Position numbers and translations under genes: made by a program. DNA of 64,000 nt from Verrucomicrobiia bacterium (GTDB taxonomy: Bacteria; Verrucomicrobiota; Verrucomicrobiia; Palsa-1439): NCBI GenBank assembly GCA_050015495.1, contig JBEKBH010000015.1, positions 16,942 to 80,941 on the forward strand, in the 5' to 3' direction. This document shows, piece after piece, positions 1 through 9,527 of this stretch. The first letter of the stretch is position 1; each line of letters starts with the position of its first letter. The notes beneath the pieces were generated by a model that had not been told where the DNA came from, did not search any database, and worked only from the letters and a program-made list of their open reading frames with translations.

Positions 1-2
1 CC

Positions 3-467
3 ACCACCCTGATCGGGACCTCCTTCGTGTACAGCGGGCCGCCCGAAACCGGTGCCAGTGACGAGTTTGTCGTGGAAACTGTGCCCGAGTCTTCCACGAA
101 CCCCACCAACCTGGTTTCGTGCTCGTTCTCGAATGTCGTGCAGACCTGCAAGAGCAAGATGAAGATCGATAAGACGACTGAGACCACGAACACCACGACC
201 ACCTGCAAGCTCAGCCTTCAACTCGTGGCCATCAATCTCGGCGTCGCCAACAGCCCGGCGTTCGACGTTCTCATCTGGGCCGGCCAGGGCAGCAACTTCG
301 ACTCCAGCACGGGTTTCTCGCCCGCCACGAAGAAAATCAACGCCCTCAAGATCAACAAACTGGGCACGATCAAATTGAAGGACACTTTCGATAGCAACCA
401 GTCTGGCACGTTCATCTACTGCACCGATACCAACAACAACGTCATCACTTCCGTCCAAATTGAATAG
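3..467 (+). CDS. 5'-truncated CDS; C-terminal beta-rich domain of a probable secreted protein
   Basis: Frame is open from the window edge to TAG at 467. T/S/N-rich with several Cys. Confidence 0.7.
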   Translation, partial: TTLIGTSFVYSGPPETGASDEFVVETVPESSTNPTNLVSCSFSNVVQTCKSKMKIDKTTETTNTTTTCKLSLQLVAINLGVANSPAFDVLIWAGQGSNFDSSTGFSPATKKINALKINKLGTIKLKDTFDSNQSGTFIYCTDTNNNVITSVQIE

Positions 468-535
468 GCCGGGTTGTGCAGTTCGTTCGCATGCCAGCCG
501 CTGTGACGCCCACGCCGGGCTTGCGCGTCCGCCAA

Positions 536-763
536 TCACATTGGTGTCTTGATGCCGATGGCGCGAAGGGCGCACCAGCCGCGGGCCCCCTCGAAGATCA
601 TGAACGAGCCGGTCACGCCGAGAAACACCCCGGCGATGATCATCCCCGAAAAATGCGCGAACAAGCCGGTGACGAGCAACGCGACGCCACACAGGCCGAC
701 AATCACGCCCCCCACCAGCCGCGCCCGTTTGCCCCGCTGGTCGATGTTGCACGCCAGTTTCAT
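536..763 (-). CDS. Small two-TM protein, DUF2892/YgaP-like
   Basis: NID..R..R start, two hydrophobic helices, GWC..RAIG tail. ATG at 763 overlaps the upstream stop (ATGA). Confidence 0.7.
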   Translation of the reverse strand: MKLACNIDQRGKRARLVGGVIVGLCGVALLVTGLFAHFSGMIIAGVFLGVTGSFMIFEGARGWCALRAIGIKTPM

Positions 764-1290
764 TTCGTCGGCCGGCTGGCCCAGTTGCCGGTAAACACCG
801 CCGCCAGCGCGAGCAGGATCACCACCGCCCACCGAAGTGCCGATGGTGGCGGCCCGATCTTCAGCCAGCCCGGCCAGATCGCCCAGAGCAGGGCCGCCGC
901 GCCGAGGAACACGACCCCGATCCACCCGAGCAATACAAACGTCCGCCGTTCTTCCCGCAACGCCGTGCGCAATTGCCCGATTGTCTCCTTGTCCACCTTC
1001 AGCTTCTGGCCGGCCGCTTCCTCCAAAATCTGTTCGTCCGTCACCGTGCTCAGAAACTCCTTCACAAGGCTGCGCGCCTTGTCGGCTTCGTGCTCCAGCA
1101 CGTAGATGCCGTTTGCCTTATCCGTGCCGCTCAGGGACTCGACGCCATCGAGCGGCGGCATTGACGGCGGTTCTCGCAGGGTGGCTTCCACGCCGTTGTC
1201 GCGCAGGAACCCGACAATGATGCTGCCTTCCCATTCGTCGTGCGCGTGATGCACTTGGACCAGATTTTCCGACGGTTTGCCTTTGGCCAT
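760..1290 (-). CDS. DUF2007-like domain protein with two C-terminal TM helices
   Basis: EGSIIVGFLRDNGVEA...IYVLEHEADKARSLV pattern followed by two hydrophobic segments. Confidence 0.75.
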   Translation of the reverse strand: MAKGKPSENLVQVHHAHDEWEGSIIVGFLRDNGVEATLREPPSMPPLDGVESLSGTDKANGIYVLEHEADKARSLVKEFLSTVTDEQILEEAAGQKLKVDKETIGQLRTALREERRTFVLLGWIGVVFLGAAALLWAIWPGWLKIGPPPSALRWAVVILLALAAVFTGNWASRPTK

Positions 1291-1353
1291 GGCGCAATCT
1301 ACTCCGGCTTTTGTTGTTTTTCCAAGAATTTTGAGTTCCCGTCCCGCCGCCGC

Positions 1354-1743
1354 TCACGCCTGCGATAATTCATCGCGGACGCGTTGCGACAGGTCGTCGA
1401 TGTAGAACGGCTTCTGGATAAACCCGCGCAAGCCGGCGTCGAACATCCCACGGGCCACCCCGTCGTCGCACCCCGTCAGCAAAATCACGCGCACCTCGGG
1501 ATTGATCCGCTGGAGGCACTCCAACACCAGGTCCCCCGTCATCTCCGGCATCACGTAATCCAGCAGCACCAACCCGATCTCCGGCCAGCGTTTCTCGTAG
1601 GTATCCAGTCCGCTCTTGGCTCCCGGGGCGGCGAGCACGGGCAACCCTTCGCTTTCCAGGCATGCCCGGACAATCTCCAGGATCTCGGGTTCGTCATCGA
1701 TGGCGAGCACGTACTTCGGGGAGGTGGCGCGATTGTCGTTCAT
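1354..1743 (-). CDS. Single-domain response regulator (REC)
   Basis: VLAIDDE, LLDYVMPEMTG, LTG and KPF motifs. Confidence 0.9.
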   Translation of the reverse strand: MNDNRATSPKYVLAIDDEPEILEIVRACLESEGLPVLAAPGAKSGLDTYEKRWPEIGLVLLDYVMPEMTGDLVLECLQRINPEVRVILLTGCDDGVARGMFDAGLRGFIQKPFYIDDLSQRVRDELSQA

Positions 1744-1819
1744 GGCTCAAGCGTTGCCAACGTAACCATCGGCCATGTACCATAGTCTGGTTCGGCCAAG
1801 AAGAGAAATCGACATTACT

Positions 1820-2632
1820 ATGCGCACCCGTTTTCAAGACAGGGTCGTCATCGTCACCGGCGCCTCCAGCGGCATCGGGTTGGAAACCGCGCTCGCGTTC
1901 GCCCGGGAAGGCGCCCGCGTGGTCCTTGCCGCCCGAAACGAAACCAAGTTGCGCGAGATCGCCGACGCGCATCCCGAATGGCGCGACCGGCTCCTGCCAG
2001 TGCCCGCCGACGTGACGAACGACGACGATGTGCGGCGGCTCGTCGCGACAACCGTGGCGAAGTTTGGCCGCGTGGACATCCTCGTCAACAATGCCGGCGT
2101 CGGGATGCGCGCCACGTTCGAAGACACGCCCCTCGACGACGCGCGGGCGCTCATGGACGTGAATCTCTACGGACCCATCCGCTGTATCCAGGCCGTGTTG
2201 CCCCAGATGCGACGCCAGGGCGCGGGACAGATCGTCAATGTCGGCAGCGTGCTCAGTATGGTGGTGGCGGCGCGCAACAGTGTGTACTGCGCCAGCAAGT
2301 TCGCCCTGCTGGCATTGAGCGATACGCTCCGGATCGAATTGCACGGGACGGGAATCGAGGTCATCTCCGTCCTGCCGGCCTACACCGACACGCCGTTCTT
2401 CGACAACATGTACCACTACGGCGGCCCCGCGCGCCAGAGCCCGTTCGCGGGACAGCATCCTTCGCGGGTCGCCCAAGCTCTTCTTCGTGGCTGCGCCCGG
2501 CACAAACGCCAGGTCGTATTGACGGTTTCCGCGCGACTCGCCATCTGGCTCCGTCGGCTTTGCCCCGCGCTCCTCGATGCCGCTGTCCGTCGGTCGGCTC
2601 AGAGGCTGGAAAAGGCCAACCCGAAGACCTGA
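1820..2632 (+). CDS. SDR family NAD(P)-dependent oxidoreductase
   Basis: TGASSGIG, NNAG and YCASK motifs. Start placed at ATG 1820. Confidence 0.92.
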   Translation: MRTRFQDRVVIVTGASSGIGLETALAFAREGARVVLAARNETKLREIADAHPEWRDRLLPVPADVTNDDDVRRLVATTVAKFGRVDILVNNAGVGMRATFEDTPLDDARALMDVNLYGPIRCIQAVLPQMRRQGAGQIVNVGSVLSMVVAARNSVYCASKFALLALSDTLRIELHGTGIEVISVLPAYTDTPFFDNMYHYGGPARQSPFAGQHPSRVAQALLRGCARHKRQVVLTVSARLAIWLRRLCPALLDAAVRRSAQRLEKANPKT

Positions 2633-2668
2633 TTCGGTCTACATATCGAGTTCACTGGCACACTCCTC

Positions 2669-3340
2669 CTATTCGTGGCCGCCATTCTTGCGAATGAATC
2701 TTTGGAGCGTAGAGTCGTAAGGATTCTTCGCAAGTGTGTAGGGTGTCTCCCCAGACTTCGTCCGCGCATTAATATCGGCATGATACTTTAGCAAGAGCCT
2801 CACCATGTCTATATTCCCTTTCTCCACTGCAATATGCAACGGGGTCACACCGTCTTTGTCTTCGGCGTTCACATGAGCACCAGAGATAATAAGAAATTCG
2901 GCAACGTCTTTTTCCCCAAACCAGACCGCTGTATGAAGCGGAGTTACCTGAAAGTTGTTGGTGGCGACGACGAATTTCCGGTCCGATGAGACGAACAATT
3001 TGACAAAATCAATACCCGGTCTAACGGCATGATGAACGACAGAGTTGCCGTCGTTATCTCGCGCGTGAATGTCAGCATGACTTACCATCAGCAGGTCGAT
3101 GGTTTTCTTCAAGCCGTCACTATTATTGGCGTAGATGGTGTCAAGGGCGCATAGGAGTGGCGTTCGGCCCCGCGCGTCCTTGAGATTCACAAGCGATGGG
3201 TCTTCTTGAAGAATGTTATTGATGGCAGCGCAATTGAGACTCTCCGCAGCGCTGTGAATCGTGTCGGCTAGTGCACTGCTGCTAAACGCTACGGCAGTGA
3301 TCAAGTAACTCCCGAACAGAAGTGGCCCGCACGGATGCAT
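2669..3340 (-). CDS. Ankyrin-repeat protein with signal peptide (start uncertain)
   Basis: GRTPLL, VTPLHTAV, GVTPLHIAVEKGNIDMVRLLL and GETP repeats. AT-richer than its neighbours. Confidence 0.85.
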   Translation of the reverse strand: MHPCGPLLFGSYLITAVAFSSSALADTIHSAAESLNCAAINNILQEDPSLVNLKDARGRTPLLCALDTIYANNSDGLKKTIDLLMVSHADIHARDNDGNSVVHHAVRPGIDFVKLFVSSDRKFVVATNNFQVTPLHTAVWFGEKDVAEFLIISGAHVNAEDKDGVTPLHIAVEKGNIDMVRLLLKYHADINARTKSGETPYTLAKNPYDSTLQRFIRKNGGHE

Positions 3341-3620
3341 CGCGCCCGATGGTACTGCGGCTACAGAATCTTGCAAGCACCGTCGAGCCATCAAGAACGT
3401 CGCCGCGGCGCGCGTCTGATGTGGATTGGTTTCTCTGGCCGAATGCCTGTGGTCACGTAACAGTTTTGGCCGTGACTTTCGACCTATCCAAATCAGGCCA
3501 TTGGGGTCTGTTGGGTCCGACCTCAAAAAACTAGAGTAAGCGCGTTGGCTGGAAGCCGGCCGCGGGCCGGCCACCGGCAGGTGAAATCGGAAAACCGAAG
3601 ACACGAAGAAAGGAACAGAC

Positions 3621-4484
3621 ATGAGTAAACTGACATGGATATTGGTCGGTATCGGCGTGGTGGCAATCGCCGCCATTGCGACGGTCAAACGGCAAAATAA
3701 TCCGCCTTCGCCTCCCGCAGCGACAACGGCTCAATCGGCGGAAATTCCGGCCCCGAGCGCGAACCCGCCTCCGAGTGCGAACCCACTTCCACCTAGTTCG
3801 TCAGCGAGTGTGAGTGCGCCGGAACCGGCCGAAGAAGATCACAGCGGGACGGCACAGGCCGGCGAACCGGCGACAGCGTCTCTCGGCATTGTGGCTCCGG
3901 ATACGTCGGCGGCCAAGCCGTCTGTCACCGCGAACTTCAGTCAACCGCTGCAGACGCTGGTCTCGCCCCAGGCGAGCTTCGCGCAGAAGCAGGCGGCGTG
4001 GAAACAGATCCGCGATGCCGGCCAGTTGGATGAAGCGATTGCTCAACTGAAACAGGCCGTCAAGGATGACCCGTCGGTTGCCGCGTATTCTGCCGCGTTG
4101 GGTCAGGCCTATCTCCAGAAGCTGGGGACCACTCAGGACGTTCGCCAGCAAGCCATCCTCGCCATGGAAGCCGACCAAACGTTTGACCAGGCCTTGACGC
4201 TCGACCCCAACAACTGGGACGCGCGCTTCTCCAAAGCCTCCGCCCTGGCGCACTGGCCGGCCGAATTGAACAAGTCACAAGAGATCATGGAGAACCTCTC
4301 CACGCTGATCGATCAGCAGGAGGCTCGCGCGCCGCAGCCGGAATATGCCCAGTCCTACGTGTTGCTGGGCGACCAATATCTCAAGGCGGGCTACCCCGAC
4401 AATGCCCAACAAATGTGGCAGCGCGGCGCGGCGTTGTTTCCAAATAACGAGGCGCTTCAGAACAAGTTGGCCTCCTCCCGGTAA
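3621..4484 (+). CDS. Membrane-anchored TPR protein with Pro/Ser/Ala-rich linker
   Basis: N-terminal TM, low-complexity linker, helical repeats (ALTLDPNN, LLGDQYLKAG). AAGGA RBS. Confidence 0.85.
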   Translation: MSKLTWILVGIGVVAIAAIATVKRQNNPPSPPAATTAQSAEIPAPSANPPPSANPLPPSSSASVSAPEPAEEDHSGTAQAGEPATASLGIVAPDTSAAKPSVTANFSQPLQTLVSPQASFAQKQAAWKQIRDAGQLDEAIAQLKQAVKDDPSVAAYSAALGQAYLQKLGTTQDVRQQAILAMEADQTFDQALTLDPNNWDARFSKASALAHWPAELNKSQEIMENLSTLIDQQEARAPQPEYAQSYVLLGDQYLKAGYPDNAQQMWQRGAALFPNNEALQNKLASSR

Positions 4485-4527
4485 TCGCCACCAAAGAAAC
4501 GAACTTTAAGGAGGGTTAATTTAGGTT

Positions 4528-5757
4528 ATGATCAAACCAATGAATCCAAATTCAGGCACCTCGACGCCTGAGGTGAAACGACTCCTGGCGGGACCACAAA
4601 TCGCGGTTCATGTACTGGTGCTGGGATTGCTGGCCTACTTCTTGGGGTTAAGCCTTTACAAGAGTTGGCCGGAGTGGGGCCACCGCGAATTGCTGCTGGT
4701 TATTCTGGCGGCCATCCAGACGGGGCTCTATCTGAAACGGTGCGTTTTTACCCCGCGGGATGCGTCACCCCGATGGTGGTACATCTACTTTGTCGGCAGC
4801 CTGGCCTGCTGCGTTCCCGAGTCGCTGATCGCGCCGCATTTCTCATGGCTGGCCGCGCCCTATGTGGCGCAGATGTGTTCCATCCTGTCGCCGGGCGTTT
4901 CCGTTCCGGCCTCGATTCTCGCGCTCACGGGCATCGAGTTCGCCGCGTTCGGCTGGGCGCATCTCGCGAGCCGGCCTGTCTCCGACTGGGTGTTCCGTGT
5001 CGCCGTGTACGCCTCCTGGATGCTGATGGGCTTGTTGATGAACCGGGTTGCCGATATCAGCAAAGGGCGGGCGGAGCTGATTTGCGAACTGGTGGCGGCG
5101 AGACGCGAACTCAGACTGGCCCGTGATCGTGAGGTCGAACTCGCCACACTCCGCGAGCGCGAGCGCCTGGCACGGGATCTCCACGATAACCTCGGCCGCA
5201 CGCTCGTCACGTTGACCGTGCAATTGGAAGCCGTCCAGAGGTTGTTGCCCGCGGATCTCGATCGCGCGGGGCCGTTGTTGGAGGAAATGAAAACATTATC
5301 CCGCTCCAGCACGGAGGCCTTGCGCCGTTCGCTGGACAACCTGCGCGCCGCCGGCTTGGGTGACAAGTCGCTGACCCAGGCCCTGCCATCGTTGTGCGCC
5401 GATGTGAGCCGTCGCACCGGCCTGAAAATCGATTGCCAAATTGCCGCAGGCGTGGACGGCTTGCCGCCCGCCGTCGCCGAGGCTCTCTGGCACGTCGCCC
5501 AGGAGGGATTGACGAACGTGGAAAAACATGCGCAAGCTCACCAGGTTGTCGTCAATCTGAGTCTGCAGCCCCAGTTGGCTGTCTTGCGCGTCAGCGATGA
5601 TGGCGTCGGTCCGTCGCCGGATGCCGAGAGCAAGCCCGGTCACTATGGCCTGCGCGGTCTGCGGGAACGCGTCGAAGGCGTCGGCGGGACGTTCCGGTTG
5701 ACAACGGCGCACCCGAAGGGCGCCCTCATCGAGGCGCGCGTGCACTTGATCGCTTGA
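4528..5757 (+). CDS. Membrane sensor histidine kinase, HisKA_3 (NarX/DesK type)
   Basis: ERERLARDLHD, QEGLTNVEKHA, DDGVG and GLRGLRER motifs; multiple TM helices. Confidence 0.92.
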   Translation: MIKPMNPNSGTSTPEVKRLLAGPQIAVHVLVLGLLAYFLGLSLYKSWPEWGHRELLLVILAAIQTGLYLKRCVFTPRDASPRWWYIYFVGSLACCVPESLIAPHFSWLAAPYVAQMCSILSPGVSVPASILALTGIEFAAFGWAHLASRPVSDWVFRVAVYASWMLMGLLMNRVADISKGRAELICELVAARRELRLARDREVELATLRERERLARDLHDNLGRTLVTLTVQLEAVQRLLPADLDRAGPLLEEMKTLSRSSTEALRRSLDNLRAAGLGDKSLTQALPSLCADVSRRTGLKIDCQIAAGVDGLPPAVAEALWHVAQEGLTNVEKHAQAHQVVVNLSLQPQLAVLRVSDDGVGPSPDAESKPGHYGLRGLRERVEGVGGTFRLTTAHPKGALIEARVHLIA

Positions 5758-6390
5758 ATGAAACCGATCCGCATTCTTCTGGCCGAAGACCAGACGCTCA
5801 TGCGCCAGGGGTTGAAAACCATTCTCGATCTGGAGTCTGGTTTTCGTGTTGTGGGCGAAGCGAGTGACGGCGCGACCGCCGTCAAACTTGCGCTGGAACT
5901 GCGACCCGACATCATTCTCATGGATGTTCAGATGCCGGAACTAAACGGCGTGGAAGCCACCGCCGCCATCTGCCGGGCTTGGCCGGGTGCCAGGATCATC
6001 ATCCTGACCACGTTCGACCGTGACGACTACGTCTTTGCGGGCGTCCGGGCCGGGGCGGTCGGGTATCTCCTCAAGGACCAGCCGGCGCGGAAGCTCATCG
6101 AGACCATCCGCGCCGTGCAGGCCGGCGACGTGTTCATCCAACCGGAGATCGCCTCGCGCGCTCTCCGCGCCACATTGCATCCCACCGATGGATTGATCGA
6201 GCCGCTTTCCGACCGTGAACGCGAAGTGCTCGTGATGTTGGCCCAGGGAATCGCCAACAAGGAAATCGCTGACAAGCTTCACATCGCCGAAGGCACGGTG
6301 AAGAATCACGTCTCGAACATCCTCGGCAAACTCCAGGCTCAAAACCGCACCCAGGCCGCCGACATCGCTCGAAAACGAGGGTTGATCTAA
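5758..6390 (+). CDS. NarL/LuxR family response regulator
   Basis: REC domain plus LSDREREVL...NKEIA...TVKNHVSNILGKL. Abuts the kinase gene. Confidence 0.95.
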   Translation: MKPIRILLAEDQTLMRQGLKTILDLESGFRVVGEASDGATAVKLALELRPDIILMDVQMPELNGVEATAAICRAWPGARIIILTTFDRDDYVFAGVRAGAVGYLLKDQPARKLIETIRAVQAGDVFIQPEIASRALRATLHPTDGLIEPLSDREREVLVMLAQGIANKEIADKLHIAEGTVKNHVSNILGKLQAQNRTQAADIARKRGLI

Positions 6391-6406
6391 CACGGCCGAT
6401 GGCCGC

Positions 6407-6949
6407 TCAGAGACAGGCGAAGGCCAGTTCGAAGAGCCGATAGCTCGCCTCGTCGTACAGGCAGAACACCACGCGCTCCACGCCGGCTTTGCCTTCGAGG
6501 TGGCGTCTCGCTTCCCCGAGCAGCAACGGCGCGGCCCGCTCAATCGGGAACCCGTAAATGCCCGTGCTGATCGCCGGCAATGCGATGGATTTCAGTCCCT
6601 TCTCCTCGGCCAGCGTCAGGCTGCTCTTCACCGTCTGGCACAACAATCGGTCCGCCTCCAGCGGATCATGCCGGCTCCAGACCGGGCCGACGGTGTGAAT
6701 GACAAACTTCGCGGCCAATTTGCCGCCACCCGTGATCACCGCCTCGCCGGTCTTCAGCGGCCCGCGCGTCGAAATCAGGACATCCGATTCCTGTTGGATC
6801 TGCGGCCCGCCCTTGCGCGAAATGGCTGCGGCCACGCCCCCGCCGTGTTTGAGGTATTCATTCGCCGCGTTGACAATCGCATCCACATTCAGCGCGGTGA
6901 TGTCACCCCGCGCGATTTCGAGCACTGCGTTACCCACCGTCTTTTTCAT
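6407..6949 (-). CDS. Macrodomain protein (YmdB/MacroD-like ADP-ribose hydrolase)
   Basis: GDIT, DAIVNAAN, HGGGVAAAI, VIHTVGP and ISTGIYGFP motifs. Confidence 0.93.
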   Translation of the reverse strand: MKKTVGNAVLEIARGDITALNVDAIVNAANEYLKHGGGVAAAISRKGGPQIQQESDVLISTRGPLKTGEAVITGGGKLAAKFVIHTVGPVWSRHDPLEADRLLCQTVKSSLTLAEEKGLKSIALPAISTGIYGFPIERAAPLLLGEARRHLEGKAGVERVVFCLYDEASYRLFELAFACL

Positions 6950-6982
6950 CGCCGGAAACCTCCTACCACAATACCCGCGCCG

Positions 6983-7008
6983 CGCGCTTTTTTACATACC
7001 TTTTACTT
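6983..7008 (+). promoter_or_regulatory. Tandem TTTAC(A/T) repeat with 11-bp period; candidate OmpR-family operator
   Basis: cgcgcttttttacataccttttactt matches 9441-9466 at 21/26 positions and lies upstream of the OmpR-type gene. Confidence 0.6.
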
Positions 7009-7050
7009 TGCCCTGGCGACAGGACGGATTACACTGACATCGGGAACGCC

Positions 7051-7731
7051 ATGAAAATCCTTGTCGTCGAAGATGATCCCCTGCTGCGGGACGGGTTGGT
7101 GGACTTGCTCACGGGCGCGGGCCACGCCGTCGACGCGGTGGCCGACGGCCTCACCGCCACGAAGCGCGGCCTGGATCCGGACCTTGATCTCGTCGTGCTC
7201 GATGTGATGCTCCCGAGACTCGACGGCATCGAAGTCTGTCACCGGCTCCGCCAGGCCCGGCCGGACCTGCCCATCCTCATGTTGACCGCTCGGGGCTCCG
7301 AGGAAGACAAAGTCCGCGGCCTGAAAGTCGGCGCGGACGATTACGTCACCAAACCATTCGGGGCGCGCGAACTGCTCGCGCGGATCGTGGCCCTGGGCCG
7401 GCGCGCAAAATCCGCCCCGGCAGAACCGGAGATCATCGAGCTCGACGGCTGCCGGTTCGACCTCGGCCATTGCGAGGCGCGCCGCCAGGACAAAATCATT
7501 CCGCTGACACTCCGCGAAGTCGGCATCCTGCGCTGGCTCCATCGACACCGGGCGCGGGTGGTCTCCCGCAGCGAATTGCTCGAACAACTCTGGGGGGCGA
7601 ACGCGGACACGGAAACCCGCACGGTCGACGTGACCGTTGCCCATCTCCGCCAGAAGATCGAGCGCGATCACGCGGACCCGGCGATCGTCGTTTCCGTGAA
7701 GGGCATCGGCTACATCTGGGGCCGGCGATGA
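7051..7731 (+). CDS. OmpR/PhoB family response regulator
   Basis: REC domain, GADDYVTKPF, RTVDVTVAHLRQKIE, GIGY. Confidence 0.95.
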   Translation: MKILVVEDDPLLRDGLVDLLTGAGHAVDAVADGLTATKRGLDPDLDLVVLDVMLPRLDGIEVCHRLRQARPDLPILMLTARGSEEDKVRGLKVGADDYVTKPFGARELLARIVALGRRAKSAPAEPEIIELDGCRFDLGHCEARRQDKIIPLTLREVGILRWLHRHRARVVSRSELLEQLWGANADTETRTVDVTVAHLRQKIERDHADPAIVVSVKGIGYIWGRR

Positions 7732-9437
7732 GATTCTGGCGCAGTCGCACGACGCTGGCGCTCGTCTTGACGACTGCCGCGCTGGTCGTTCCCTGCGGCG
7801 CGTGGTACATCGTCGGTTCGCGCGAAGTGCAGCGCACGGTCGACCAGATCGAACTGCCTCCGCGGCAATTCGCCAGCAATACCGCCATCCAACTGGCGCA
7901 GCGCGTTCAGGATCGGCTCCAGACGCTGTTGGAATCGGAGTCCAACCGTCCCTTCTATCAGTATCAATCGCTCTATCATGACCCGAGAGGCGCGTCCGAA
8001 GGCCCGTCCGTCACACCCTCGCCCCTCGCCCAGGGACCGACGGACCCGCTCATCCGCGCGTACTTCCAAATCAACCCGGCGGGACGAGTCACCCTGCCCA
8101 CGCTGCCCGAGGCGAACCTGGAGGGCGAAAACCTTGGCCAGCTCGCGGCCCAACACGCGATCCAGAACGACTTGGAGGCCGCCGCGCATGGTTCGGCCTG
8201 TGTCGCGCACCTCCAAAAGGGGCCGCCACAACACCTCGAAGTCATGGAATCCGATGCGTGGGTCCAGAATGCGCAGGCGGCGAGGATTTACTCGGACATC
8301 AAATCCGGCACCAATGCGGCAACCCTGTTTGCCAATGACGAATTGCGCCTGACAAACGGGCAACGGAAGGTCACCATCGGCGTGGGCGAATTCCAGTGGT
8401 GCTCCATGCAGACCTCCAACGGGCCGTGCCTCGTCGCGTTGCGCAATGTCACCACGCCCGAGGGCGTCCTCGTGCAGGGATTTGTCATCTCCAGCGAAGC
8501 CGTTGCGGACACTCTCAAGAACGCCGCGTTGCCCGCCCGGTTCATGCCCAACGCCACCGCCGGCTCGTATGTGGCCGGCGCGCGGCTGAGAAACACCGGC
8601 TGGTACATCGTCGTCAGCGCCGCCAGGGAATTCGCCGCGGCGGATGCGCTGGCCCGCCACAACTGGATCAGTTTCCTGCAATTGTTTTGGGCCGGGGCCG
8701 GCGCCGCGAGCGTGGCCGGCCTCTGCGTCGTGGCGTTGGTCTGGCGCAGCGAACGGCTTGCGCGCCAGCGCTCGCAGTTCGCCGCATCGGCCGCGCACGA
8801 ACTGCGCACCCCGCTCGCCGGTCTGCGGATGTACAGCGAGATGCTCGCCGACGGGTTGGGCGACCCGACACGCACCCGGGACTACGCCCATCGCGTCGCC
8901 GAAGAAGCCGCGCGGCTGGGTCGCGTCGTCTCCAACGTCCTGGGCTTCACGCGCCTCGAACGCGGCACGCTCCAGATTCGCCCCGAACCCGGCGATCTGG
9001 CGGCCGCCGTCCGCGAGTGCGTCGAACGCCAGCGTCCCGCCCTCGAAGCCGCCGGGGCGCGCGTCGAACTTTCCATCCCGGACCAGTTCCCGGAAGTGCC
9101 CTTCGACCGCGATGCCATCGCCGGAATCGTCCAGAACCTGGTGGACAACGCCGAAAAATACACGCGCTCGGCCCGTGACCGGGAGATTCACATCGCGCTC
9201 TCGTCGGCCGATGATTCGGTGACGTTGTCGGTACGCGACCGTGGACCGGGCATCCCGGCGGACGTGCGGGAAAAACTCTTCCGTCCGTTCGTGCGCGGCA
9301 ACCGCGACGATGCGCCCGCGGGCCTCGGGCTCGGCTTGGTATTGGTGAAAGCCATGGCGGAAGCCCACGAGGGCCGCGTCAACTGCGCCGACGCGCCCGG
9401 CGGCGGCGCGCTCTTCACCGTCATCCTCCCGCGATAG
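7728..9437 (+). CDS. Sensor histidine kinase (HisKA/HATPase) with periplasmic domain
   Basis: AHELRTPL, NLVDNAEKY, DRGPGI, GLGLGL; two TM helices; ATGA overlap with the regulator. Confidence 0.93.
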   Translation: MRFWRSRTTLALVLTTAALVVPCGAWYIVGSREVQRTVDQIELPPRQFASNTAIQLAQRVQDRLQTLLESESNRPFYQYQSLYHDPRGASEGPSVTPSPLAQGPTDPLIRAYFQINPAGRVTLPTLPEANLEGENLGQLAAQHAIQNDLEAAAHGSACVAHLQKGPPQHLEVMESDAWVQNAQAARIYSDIKSGTNAATLFANDELRLTNGQRKVTIGVGEFQWCSMQTSNGPCLVALRNVTTPEGVLVQGFVISSEAVADTLKNAALPARFMPNATAGSYVAGARLRNTGWYIVVSAAREFAAADALARHNWISFLQLFWAGAGAASVAGLCVVALVWRSERLARQRSQFAASAAHELRTPLAGLRMYSEMLADGLGDPTRTRDYAHRVAEEAARLGRVVSNVLGFTRLERGTLQIRPEPGDLAAAVRECVERQRPALEAAGARVELSIPDQFPEVPFDRDAIAGIVQNLVDNAEKYTRSARDREIHIALSSADDSVTLSVRDRGPGIPADVREKLFRPFVRGNRDDAPAGLGLGLVLVKAMAEAHEGRVNCADAPGGGALFTVILPR

Positions 9438-9475
9438 CCTCGCGATTTTTTACAACTCTTTTACATGACAGGTCT
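9402..9475 (+). repeat. Direct repeat copy 1 (kinase 3' end plus downstream operator)
   Basis: 9402-9438 matches 10993-11029 at 36/37 bp. Ungapped similarity continues through ttaca and acaggtct. Confidence 0.85.
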
Positions 9476-9527
9476 CCGAACAGCCGTACACTCGTCTCGT
9501 GAGCACGAGCTCACACGGGAGGAGATC

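Noticed and set aside
1745-1759. Sigma54-like TGGCAA-N5-GAGC before the 1354-1743 receiver gene
   Set aside because: It lies 1 nt from the ATG, so the TSS would fall inside the gene; the -12 match is poor.
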